From assembly GCF_009914755.1 (NCBI RefSeq), contig NC_060933.1: DNA of 64,000 nucleotides; one strand, written 5' to 3'. Both the position numbers and the translations under genes were made by a program. The notes beneath the pieces were generated by a model, which saw only the letters and a program-made list of their open reading frames with translations, had not been told where the DNA came from and searched no databases. The stretch is from the human T2T-CHM13v2.0 reference genome, Homo sapiens. Shown here piece by piece: positions 31,707 through 48,500 of this stretch (within the stretch, counting starts at the first letter, position 1; each line of letters opens with the position of its first letter).

Positions 31707-33015
31707 TTAGCCAATACCATGTTAGAGGTTATACTGAAATTCTAACTATGAAGATGTAGAAAGCAAAAACATATTTAATTAGTTATAATCCAATCTGTGC
31801 AATATTCATGATAATACATTTTTACAAGTTGAAAGTAATTCTGGATTATGCTTCATAACTTATGAAACCTTTGGTGGAAAAACTGAGTCTTCCCCATTAA
31901 AGGGAATTAAATAAGTTGCTTATAAAAGTGCATTAACTTGTTTGGCCCATGGGTTCATCATTTAGTGGCATGGAAGAACTAGTTTACTTGTGGTATCCAA
32001 GAGGCATGAAGAAAGACACCTCCAAAAAGTCCATTTTGATTCTTTACACTGGGACAGACGGGATGCATAGCTACCTTGTTCCCCTCTCACCCCTCAGGCT
32101 AAGGCTTGAGTAACTATCGCAGCTGTTTCCATGGCGTCTTCCCATCACATGGGTACAAGGCACTGGGCTGCACAACAGGGAAACTACTTGTTTTCTGCCT
32201 GTTAATTTTTAGCTCTGAGATCTTTACACTCCACTGGAGAAAGGCTTTAATGTCTGAGACAGGGGGTCATTATTTGTTAGTTTAATTATTTATGATCAGA
32301 ACATTTGTTCAGTCACTCTTCCATAGACCATTCTGAATCTAATAAAGGATAATAAAACACTAGAGATAATCTATAGCCTTCAATAAATCACTCCCAATTT
32401 GGAACTCCTTTGATGAATACTCCAGGCTACCATGAGGGAGAAGAAAAAAGTCAAAACCAATTAAAAAAAGCAACAACAATGAATTTGTAATAAACTCAGT
32501 TGATAGCTAACTAAAGTAAGCCTGTTTTTCTAACTTCATTAACATGAAAATAAATTTTATTAAGATTGATATCATGCTTTTTTGCACGAGGAGTTACAGG
32601 AACATGAACTAAGAATAAAAATGATCCCTATGATAAAGAATCCTCATAATCATGTACTTTAGTACAAAATATGATTTGACATCAAGAAGAGCTATGGCTT
32701 GAGATTGCTCTTGTTTTCCTTTACCCCCTGTGCCCAGGCTTAGTCACTGTTTCAGTGATAATGACCATCCACTGAGGCTCTGCAGCAATAGAATCTAAAG
32801 TAACAAAACAGAGCCCATATCTCTGCAACAAATGAAATCACAGACTTAAGAAACATAAACAGAAAAACAAAAAGTTAAGTTGTTCATGTTTCATAGCCAT
32901 ACTGCCTATAACAAATGCCAGAACATATTTATTTGGTCCAATGTGCAATGCATTAAATGTGCTCAAATACAGAAAACACCAAGAAATGCAACAGGGAGTT
33001 AAAAAAAAAAAAAAA

Positions 33016-33725
<710 letters not shown>

Positions 33726-34268
33726 ATAGTCACAGTGGAGCATGAATAAACCATTTTACATGGTTATTTCTCTACAGTGGATGCTAAGGAGAGAATCAAG
33801 TCCGCCATAATAAGAAATAAACTAAGAGTTGTAGTTAAAACATAATAAAAATCTTTTTAGACGCTTCTTTACTTTGCCAATTTTCTCATCCAAATAGGGA
33901 TAATTAAATAATCTGGGACAACAAAATGTATACTGTGGCAGAACAAAAGAATCCAAGGTAAAAAAAAGGACATGACAGAATCTAAGGTCTTCGATAAATA
34001 ATACTCAGATATTGCAAGGGGTATACAAAGAGTTCAAACACTGTCAAAGTCAGGTGTGACATGTTCAAGGCACACAAAGATCGTACCAAGGGAAACCCAG
34101 CAGGACCAGAAAGCCGAAGTGATCAACTTATTCCTGTCAAATACATTCTTGGAGTTTCAAATGTGAACAAATATGCTTATTCTGAATTTTACTTCCTTCT
34201 GCAAAGTATTAATCAATTATAATTATAATTATAATTATTTTGTTAAATGAATTATAATTATTTTGTTA

Positions 34269-34520
<252 letters not shown>

Positions 34521-35951
34521 CTAGGATGTATGGCAATCATCACTCCTTTTTTAATTTTTTACAATTTTTAAAATTTACATTGCAGTATAATTTACAGAGA
34601 GTAAAATTCCAGAGAATTTATCTGATGTTTTTAAAGTGTACAGCTCTATTCATTTTGACAAATGCATTCAGCCTTGTAACCTCCACCATAATGAAGACAT
34701 AAAACAGGTCCATTAGCCCTCAAAGTTCCCTAATGTCCCACATTTTCTCAATTCTGCAAGATGTCTGGGTACATCACCCATCCAACACTACTTTAAACTC
34801 AATTTGATGCTTAGGTTCTTTAGGTACACACACACAGAGGTAGTGTGAATTGTGTGCCCAAACCTCAATAGCGGCTAGAAATTCTCACAGTGCCCCAGCA
34901 CAGAACCTGTGGGGGATGGGAAAAGTGAAATGCACCAGGTGTTCAGGTCAGAGTTACCTGCGTGAAGCCAGGACCCATGAAAGGCAACACCTGTAGTGAT
35001 GAACTGGAAAAAGCCCACTCTGTAGACCCCTCCAGAGGGAATCACTGCGGGCTACTTGCCTACAGGAGATGGAGGCTCCTCCTTTTTGCCTGATAACTTG
35101 AGCATTGCAGGAACTTGCTCTGCCTTTCCAAATCACGCTAGACCAGAGGGTTTCTGGCTTGCTGCACTTCCCTAGGCTTGTTGATTTAGTCTCGGCGATT
35201 AGCTCTGCCTAGGTTCCTCTCTCCCCACTCTATGGTCTTGATTTGTCCCCTGACCCCTGCCTGGCATCACTCTTAGCTTCCCACTTCTCCTTGACAAGTA
35301 TTCCCAGCATGCTTTGTGATTCCCAGCATGGTGCCTATGAAGGGTTTGGGACAGAAACCATTTCTTAGTATTATGTTCATGAAAGACAGCAGAAGATTAA
35401 AATTAGCCTAAGGGCTTCCTGTATACAAATCAACATTGCATTCACAGATGTGCTAGTTTACGACAATTTTTACCACATGAATATGAAATGATTAAAAAAT
35501 CAATTTGAGGAATTGCCCTTACCTAAGACAGAGATGATATACTTTTCAAAACAGCATTTCATTTGAGTATGTTAATTCTTGCACTTATTTAATAAAAGTG
35601 TATTGAGCACCTACCATGTGCAAAGCATTATGGGGCATAAAGAGAGACATGGTTCTAGGTTCAAGAAGTCCAGAATCTAACATGGGAGGGAGATGTGTAA
35701 ATATCTGTTATAGGAAATAAACAGAAGAGCAAAATATTTAGATACTACTATTTATTCCAAAACACAGGGAAGCATCTTAATTGCTTAGGAACAAAACCAG
35801 CCTCTGAAAGAGCAAACACTACTAGGGAGAGATGCGTATAAAAGTGCTTCTGGAAAAGATAAACATAAACCATGCATTTTCAAACAGCAATTCATTATTC
35901 TGGGATCTGATAATAAGAATGAAAAAAAAAAGAATGCATGTATAATACATG

Positions 35952-36387
35952 GACAGATTTTGTCCGTATCTGCAGAGGAAATGGGAAAAGCCAAAAGGAG
36001 GGGTGACAACTGATGCTATGGGGAGGAGCTTTACATTCAAATGAGGACACCTCCTGGCATCTCCGGATGGAGCTCCGAATTCATTACAGTATTACTTAAA
36101 GGATTTTATTAAAAGACCAAACCACACTGCACTTGTGGTTGAATGCCTTTATCAGAGATGAATCTTACATGTGTTAGGACAGGCTGACAGTGGCTCCCAA
36201 AGATATGTCTATGCCCCAATCCCGGGACCCTGTGAAGGTTACTTCAGAAGGTAAGGTTCTCCAGATGTGATCAAAGACCCTGAGACGAGGAAATTATCTT
36301 GAATTATCTGGCTGGGTCTTAAATACCATCAGAACTGCCCTTGTAAGAGAGATAAAGGTGAGGATGAACAGAGCCCCACACAAAAGA
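35952..36387. repeat. 436-bp dispersed direct repeat, copy 2 (source)
   Basis: Continues seamlessly into the rest of an MLT1-like LTR, whereas copy 1 truncates it. Confidence 0.95.
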
Positions 36388-36632
36388 GAAGAGGGTGTGA
36401 AAATGGAGTGAGGCACCCACAAGGTGAGGCACATGGGCAACCACAGGAAGCCGGAAGAAACGAAGAATGGATGTCCCCCTAGAGCCTCCGTAGGGAGTGT
36501 GGCCCATCTTGATTTTGGACTAGGGATACTGATGCGGAACTTCTGGTCTCCAGACTATGACAGAATAAATTCTTTTGCTTTAAGTCAGCCAGTTTATGGT
36601 CAATTCTCACAAGGGCCATAGGAAATGAACAC
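36168..36632 (+). mobile_element. MLT1 solo LTR
   Basis: tggctcccaaagatatgtc...ccctagagcctcc...gaataaattcttttgctttaag...cataggaaatgaacaca. Confidence 0.8.
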
Positions 36633-39348
36633 ACTGTTTATATGGAATTACATATTGGATATTTTAGGGGAAATGCAGGAGAGTTCCAATGAAAATACGA
36701 TTAACATCCCTTTGAATCACACAGATACTCAATTCCTTCTCAGAAGGGCTTCGTGATGCTAAGCCACTCTGCCAGGCTGTGGCTCTCCCCATGCTTGTGG
36801 CTGCACTTGCTCCTCACTGTGAAAGGAGCTAACCACTGTGTTGGCGGAACCTAAGGATGGAAGGAGAGGGGAAGGGGCCACCGAACTGCTAATATGAGGG
36901 GACGGCACCTTAACCACCTTCGAATTATCAGAAAAACACAAAGCCTACTATTAAAGAGTTCAACAGATGGTTACTGTGTTATCACAGATGTATAGAAAAC
37001 CTCTTTGTTCTAAAAAAAAAAAAAAAGAAAAAAAAAGATTCCTGTCCTTTCTCAGACTGTCTCGATTAGGTCAAATTCACTAACTCCACAGCAGGCTTCT
37101 CTCTGGTTCCACATATTGAGTCAGTAGGGAGCACGGCCTCGGGAATCGAATCACAAACAGGGAAGGGGGTGCCCATACCTTCTTCAGGCCACGTCTGGAT
37201 GTTCATCTGGATACGGCGCTATTCCATTCTTCCCATTTCATCACCTGTCTTTTCAGTTCTTAATGTACCTTAACATTATCTTAATGAGAGGTTAAATAAA
37301 GCTTTTATTTAGAAGGTACCAAAAGTTCATCTTGTTATGAATCTGAATTGATCTGTGCATTGCTATCTAGAGGGAATGCTTCGGAAAAAGCACATTTTAC
37401 TCACAGTGAACATAAGCAGTAATGGTCAATGTAAAAATCTACTTTTTTCCATATAAAAACTTCTGTTTTACATGGTCTTGATCTCCATTCGATTATCTTC
37501 AGTCACTGTCTTCCCTACATCTCACTCCATGGGGTCTGAAGGGGGCTCACCCTACCACCTGGGGCCAGCACAGGGACACGCCTCAGGCCTGGCAACTGAA
37601 TGCCATGCCTGTCCTACTGGAAAGGACTGGTTCCAGGATGGTCAGGAAGCCCATGCTGAATGAATGGGAACAGAACCTGGGACTTTCGAATGAATAACAG
37701 CAGAACCTGGGACTTTCGGCTTGAACTCTTGGGAGAAATACCCATTCATTCATTCAACAAATATTTGTTGAAAATCTATACTGTGCCAGGTATGCCCCTA
37801 TGTTCTGGGGATATAACCATAAACAACAGAAAAAGTCTCTGCTCCTGTGAAGCTTATCCTACTGAGTAGAATAAACAAATAAAGGCATAATATCTGTAGA
37901 ACTCAACATTGCTAAGAACAGAAATAAAGGAAAACAGTCACGCTTCTAAGCTGGTAAACGGTATGCCTGAAGCTATGGCATAGACAGAGCTGCCCAAGAA
38001 TGAGGCCAGTTGTAGACGAAAATAAAACTGCAAGAAGGAAAGAGGCAGACTGCTGATGAAAGAATCTGATTGCCTAAATTCAGCCTGGCTTCAATCAAGA
38101 CACTTTGGTTCCCTTTATTGTTCAAGTCTATTTGATCTTAGATTTTGGTCACCTGAAACTGAAAAATGCTCAATAAGTACACTGTCCTGAGCCCCCACCC
38201 TTATCTTCCCTCTACAGCCAATAAATTGCCAAGGATTATGTACTTTTTGTGTGTATATGGCAGCTTTTCCATTATCATGATCATCATCTCACTGTAGGTC
38301 CTCATGTTAACGACCTAACTAATCCTTACAGCCAATGCTTCCTTATTGACTGTCCCCAGCCACACACACACCTTACGTATCACCAGAGCAGAAACGGTTT
38401 TAAACTATTGCTGAGTGCAAGTCACACAAACAGCCATATCAACCAGCTCCAATGGATCCCCACTGCACCTGTCCTGAAATTCAAATTTCAGGTCCTGGCA
38501 TTCAATTCCTTCCATCGCCTGTTTCCTGTCACTCTCTGCACTACAGCCAAATCCCCTACACATTTCTCAGATGTGCTTCCTCCTTTAATCGGAGTGGTCT
38601 TCTCACTGTTTCCTGAATGTGGGATGCATGCACCAACGCTCCTTGACCGCTCACCCGATGACATTGCAGCCCCTCCTGTCTGCGAGTTCCCATCACTTAT
38701 TATCTTCAGGGCTCAACTCAAGTTTTGTCTCTGCTCTGAAGGCTTCTCACATGTGTGAAGGCCCCAGTAAGGCTTACTCTTCTGAAATACTGAGGTCTGT
38801 CTCATGGAAAATGAATTACACCTCTGGAGAAGGAGCAGCACCTCACTCACGGGGAGCCACACAGCAGCCACGTGTGGCGGCAGATGGGGATGAGAGGGAA
38901 CAGGAGAACCTCACTCCCGAGAAAGGAGCCTTGCCTGCTGACTGATGATTCTGGGGTGAGGAAGAGAGGCTGGCATGACCAGCTGATGAGTGTCTGGTTC
39001 CCGGGACATGACAGACAATTCCTACAGTCTACCTGTGGGAACAGATGAGGCCTGGAAGAAGACACATAGAAACAGGTTTAAATTCTATAAATTAGAATTT
39101 ACAGGGGGTAGGAGATAGGAGTTACACGTTGTCTCTCCTTCCAGATGATATTTTGACTTGTTAAAGAAAACCTAGCATAGGAACATTGAATACCTCCTGA
39201 CATTGGTGTTTTCAAGTGACTTACAGCACTACAAATATAAAGTTATAACAACAGCATACCAATTTTAACATACCAGGACCAAGGACTTTATTCTATGAGA
39301 ACTACAAAAGACACAACACAAATGAAGACCTAGAGGAAAGTTTACATA

Positions 39349-39533
39349 GTTTTTTTTTTTTTTTTTGAGACGGAGCCTTGCCCTGTTGCCCAGGCTAATT
39401 TTTTTTTGTATTTTTAGTAGACACGGGGTTTCACCATGTTAGCCAGGATGGTATCGATCTCCTGACCTCGTGATCCGCCTGCCTCAGCCTCCCAAAGTGC
39501 TGGGATTACAGGCGTGAGCCACCATGCCCGCTC
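39349..39533 (-). mobile_element. Alu with most of the right arm deleted
   Basis: gttgcccaggct joined directly to aattttttttgtattt; TSD aagtttacata (39338-39348 / 39534-39544). Confidence 0.9.
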
Positions 39534-40164
39534 AAGTTTACATAAATTTAAGCATCTTAATTTGATGATCTACTCTACAGTCATTACAACAATAAATATA
39601 AGAACTATTTAAACATGTGGAGAGATGAAGGAGATGGGATGGGAAAATCTGCATATGAGAAGATAATGGACAAAGAGATCTGCTGGATTGAGATGAGATA
39701 ATGGGTGTTAAATCCAACAAACACAGCTCTGGAAACACAGAAGGGATTAAACATAGATCAGCTCCTTTTCCCTGAGGAAGCTGGATAGATGATCTTGTTC
39801 TCTTTCCTTTTATTTCTAAATTTCTTGCTATGTAGTTAAATTATACTTCTGTGATAAATTCAATACCTATTTTTAAACTATAGATTTTTGGCTAAAGTAT
39901 ATAATATGAGAATAAGATGAACCTATTTTTTTGAGACTTACTGCTAAGTAGAAAGAGAGGAAACCAAATAACAAAATTAAGTCCTGCAGAAAGACATCAG
40001 ACACGACACAGAAAAAAATACAACAACACAGGTGCATATAATTTAAAAAGAAAATCATGTGGAGATGTCATCACTAATAATTGTTATTACGAATGTATCC
40101 ACAGCTGTGGGAATATAAGTGATAAAGATGAGCTGCTAATAAAGGGCAATAAATGATCTTTCCA

Positions 40165-40446
40165 CGGGTACAAAAAAATAGAAAAAATGACCCAGTATTT
40201 GATAACACAAGAGGTGACTATAGTCAATAATTACTTAATTGTACATTTTTAAATAACTTAAAGAGTGTAATTGGATTGTTTGCAACTCAAAGGATAATTG
40301 TGTGAGGGGATGGATACTCCATTTTTCTTGATGCACTTATTTCACATTGCATGCCTGTATCAAAACATCTCATGTAGCCCATCGATATATACACCTACTA
40401 TGTAACCACAAAATTAAAAGCTAAAAAAATTAAAAATAATAATAAT
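40165..40446 (+). mobile_element. L1MA 3' end
   Basis: Same family as 3345-3692 (ggtgactatagtcaataat...gcatgcctgtatcaaaacatctcatg). Confidence 0.8.
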
Positions 40447-41277
40447 TCTTTCTATGCACCTCTGAGAGTTGACAGAACTAGCGTCTGAATGAGAACGTAA
40501 GGTATGAGAAGGATATGGCTTCTTCCCAAGACATGTTACAGAGGGATGGAAAGAAGACTGTGTTCAACTTATAACATCTTAAAGGGACGTCATGACCTCA
40601 CAGGCCAGAGCAGGCTACGGAGCATCTGGGAGCTGAAGAAAGAGAACTTCAGTGATACTTAAGTAAGGGTTAAGAGATGCACTCCAATTGCATTCTGAAG
40701 ACAGATCCCAACAAGACCAATGACATCAGCTAGATTTTTTTCAGCCCAAAGTAATATACCTGCAAATTATCAGAACTTGTTCACTACTCCGTACTTGGCT
40801 CTAATATGATTAGTAAGGGGGCAGTGTCAGAATCCTTGAGAAAATAATAACCAGAACATCTTAGAATTTATTGTGCCCAAGGAAGGAGCCCTGTCAATAG
40901 ACAAATGTTTATTTGAGATGTCAAAAAGATAATTTTAAAACTTTAGGAAAACAGCAGGCATTATCCCATGGCAATATGTTTTATGTCCAAATTTCAACTC
41001 TATTATTTCAAGCTATGTGTGTGACTTTAGAGGCAGCTTTGACTTCAATTTTTTAACTTAAAAAGATAAGAGTATTTAGAACACAATGGGAAATGTTACA
41101 TAATACTACCTTGTAGACCTCCGAGCAACCACTATACAAAGAGACACTGTTGTTATGATTGAGGACAACATCGTTCATCAAATGTGAAAAGCTACCCAAA
41201 TGAAATCCAGAAAAAACATGTTCCACTGAAGAAGAGAGAAATGGGCAAAGTAACCAAGGAAAGAATATTTACAGTGA

Positions 41278-41546
<269 letters not shown>

Positions 41547-42226
41547 TTACAATGAAAAGGAACATTAAAAGGAGGCAATATAAAGCAAAGTAAGTTAAAG
41601 CCCAGAACAAATTAAGACTTTCAAACATTGCTAAATGCAATCAAAGAGATATTTGTATACTCATAAGAAAAACCAGAAGAAGCTGCACTCTTTTGACAAA
41701 GCTCATAAGGCTAAGAAAATAGACAGGTCCGGATCCAAGATGGTCGAATAGGAACAGCTCCAGTCTACAGCTCCCAGCATGGATGATGCAGAAGACAGGT
41801 GATTTCTGAATTTCCGACTGAGCTTTGGTGACAGTAGTGGTTCTCCCAGCATGGAGTTTGAGATCTGAGAATGGAAAGACTGCCTCCTTAAGTGGGTCCC
41901 TGACCCCTGAGTAGCCTAACTGGGAGACACCTCCCAGTAGGGGCTGACTGACACCGCATACAGCCAGGTGCCCCTCTGAGACGAAGCTTCCAGAGGAAGA
42001 ATCAGACAGTAACATTTGCCATTCTGCAATATTTGCTGTTCTGCAGCCTCCGCTGGTGATGCCCAGGCAAACAGGGTCTGGACTGGACCTCCAGCAAACT
42101 CCAACAGACCTACAGCTGAGGGTCCTGACTCTTAGAAGGAAAACTAACAAACAGAAAGGACAACCACACAAAACCCCATCTGTACGTCACCACCATCAAA
42201 GACCAAAGGTACATAAAACCACAAAG

Positions 42227-43245
42227 ATGGGGAGAAACCAGAGCAGAAAAGCTGAAAATTCTAAAAATCAGAGCACCTCTTCTCCTCCAAAGGAACGCAA
42301 CTCCTCGCCAGCAACGGAACAAAGCTGGATGGAGAATGACTTTGACGAGTTGAGAGAAGAAGGTTTCAGATGATCGGTAATAACAAACTTCTCCGAGCTA
42401 AAGGAGGATGTTCGAACCCGTTGCAAAGAAGCTAAAAACCTTGAAAAAGGATTAGACGAATGGCTAACTAGAATAAACAGCGTAGAGAAGACCTTAAATG
42501 ACCTGATGGAGCTGAAAACCACGAGAACTACATGACACATGCACAAGCTTCAGTAGCCAATTCGATCAACTGGAAGAAAGGGTATCAGTGATTGAAGATC
42601 AAATGAATGAAATGAAGCGAGAAAAGAAGTTTAGGGAAAAAAGAGTAAAAAGAAACGAACAAAGCCTCCAAGAAATATGTGACTGTGAAAAGACCAAATC
42701 TACGTCTGATTGGTGTAACTGAAAGTGACAGGGAGAAAGGAACCAAGTTGGAAAACACTCTGCAGGATATTATCCAGGAGAACTTCCCCAACCTAGCAAG
42801 GCAGGCCAACATTCAAATTCAGGCAATACAGAGAATGCCACAAAGATACTCCTCGAGAAGACCAACTCCAAGACACATAATTGTCAGATTCCCCAAAGTT
42901 GAAATGAAGGAAAAAATGTTAAGGGCAGCCAGAGAGAAAGGTCGGGTTACTCACAAAGGGAAGCCCATCAGACTAACAGTGGATCTCTCGGCAGAAACTC
43001 TACAAGCCAGAAGAGAGTGGGGGCCAATATTCAACATTCTGAAAGAAAAGAATTTTCAACCCAGAATTTCACATCCAGCCAAACTAAGCTTCATAACTGA
43101 AGGAGAAATAAAATCCTTTACAGACAAGCAAATGCTGAGAGATTTTGTCACCACCAGGCCTGCCTTACAAGAGCTCCTGAAGGAAGCACTAAACATGGAA
43201 AGGAACAACCAGTACCAGCCACCGCAAAAACATGCCAAATTGTAA
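42227..43245 (+). pseudogene. L1 ORF1p, disrupted
   Basis: MGRNQSRKAENSK... start at 42227, premature TGA at 42371-42373; downstream RPNLRLIGV...REKGRVT...PAKLSF...ALNMER fragment (42679-43245). Confidence 0.93.
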
Positions 43246-43308
43246 AGACTATCAAGGCTAGGAAGAAACTGCATCAACTAATGAGCAAAATAACCAGCTA
43301 ACATCATA

Positions 43309-47159
<3,851 letters not shown>

Positions 47160-47419
47160 ACAATGAGAACACATGGACACAGGAAGGGGAACATTACACA
47201 ACGGGGACTGTCGTGGGGTGGGGGTACGGGGGAGGGATAGCATTAGGAGATATACCTAATGCTAAATGACTAGTTAATGGGTGCAGCACACCAACATGGC
47301 ACATGTATACATATGTAACAAACCTGCACATTGTGCACATGTACCCTATAACTTAAAGTATAATAATAATAAAATAATAAAAAATTAAAAAGTTCAGTGT
47401 TCGAGTTCTCTGTCTCTTG

Positions 47420-47780
47420 GCCTCTGTGATGCCTGCAGAAACCCAGTCGCAACCCATTCATTCATATTCCTCTCCTTAGAGCCAGGAGTTAGCGCCCCAA
47501 GGGCAGTGCTGAATCCCTGGACAGGACTCGGGATAAATGCATTCCCCCTGCTGTCTCTCAGAGGCACAGCTGTGAAACACATTCTACCGGCTTCCTGAGA
47601 GCTTCCCAGGGAGTTCATGCCCCAGTTGCTCACAGAAGTGACCAGCTCAATGACACCCCCTTTTGGTGGATTTTTCTTCTCTATTCCATTCTTCCCTCTT
47701 TTATGAGCTCACTTTCTAAAAGAGGCTACCTGCACAAACGCCCATCACAGGCTCAGCTGTCTAAGAAAACTCTGGCTGGG
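47420..47780. mobile_element. Old ERVL (LTR16-like) LTR fragment
   Basis: LTR16-like phrasing (ccccagttgctcacag...acctgcacaaa...caggctc); low certainty. Confidence 0.4.
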
Positions 47781-48204
47781 AGAGTGGACTTTCCAGAATG
47801 GAATGTGGGCAGTATTCTAAAATACTAAATAAAATGCAACAGGAAAATCAAAGGGATGAACGTCACATGGCATAAAGAAGGAGGTAGAGGACATCTGCCT
47901 AGCCTTCCAAGAACAAAACAAATTGACAATCAACCCTGGCCACCCAGGAGATGAGCTTTGTCACAGCAATTCTTCCTCATATCCCAGAAAAGAGAAGAAG
48001 AAATGAGGACAGTAGAATCAACTGTGACATCCAAAAAAGGCTGCCCAATCTCTTCTCTAGAATGTGTCAACTGTGATTTATGAAATAACATATGCTATTT
48101 TTATATTGCAATGTTTGCTTATCTATAGGTAAGAGCTCACCATTTCTTATATCATGTTATAATTATATTCATGAAGAAGATGACCATTGCACAGACAAGT
48201 ACAC

Positions 48205-48500
48205 TGTGAAGAACCGTGAGGAGAGATTTTACCCTACTTGCAAGCTAACAAATGAGTCTGCCAGTTTGTTTCATCGTTGCGGCAGAAGACTCCTGGGTCA
48301 AAGCAAAGGACTGTATTACTTACAGCATAGCAAACAATATGAGCATCAGCATATTTGCATCAATTTCCTTGCCTCCAAGTCCTCTGGGGGAATATGGATG
48401 GGCACAGATGGATGTGTGCACACGCAGTGGGTTACATGACAAGTGAGGAGCCCTGAGCTTAGGGAATTCAAAGTTTTCTACGGGCAGCAGGCATTGCTTA
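48205..48500 (-). mobile_element. ERVL-type LTR fragment
   Basis: Reverse strand reads gtcctttgctttgacccaggagtc...ttgttagcttgcaagtagggtaaaatctc...ttcttcaca, typical of an LTR 3' end. Confidence 0.5.

Noticed and set aside
38249-38945. 169-aa and 108-aa ORFs
   Set aside because: No domain or splice support; partly L2-like pyrimidine-rich sequence.
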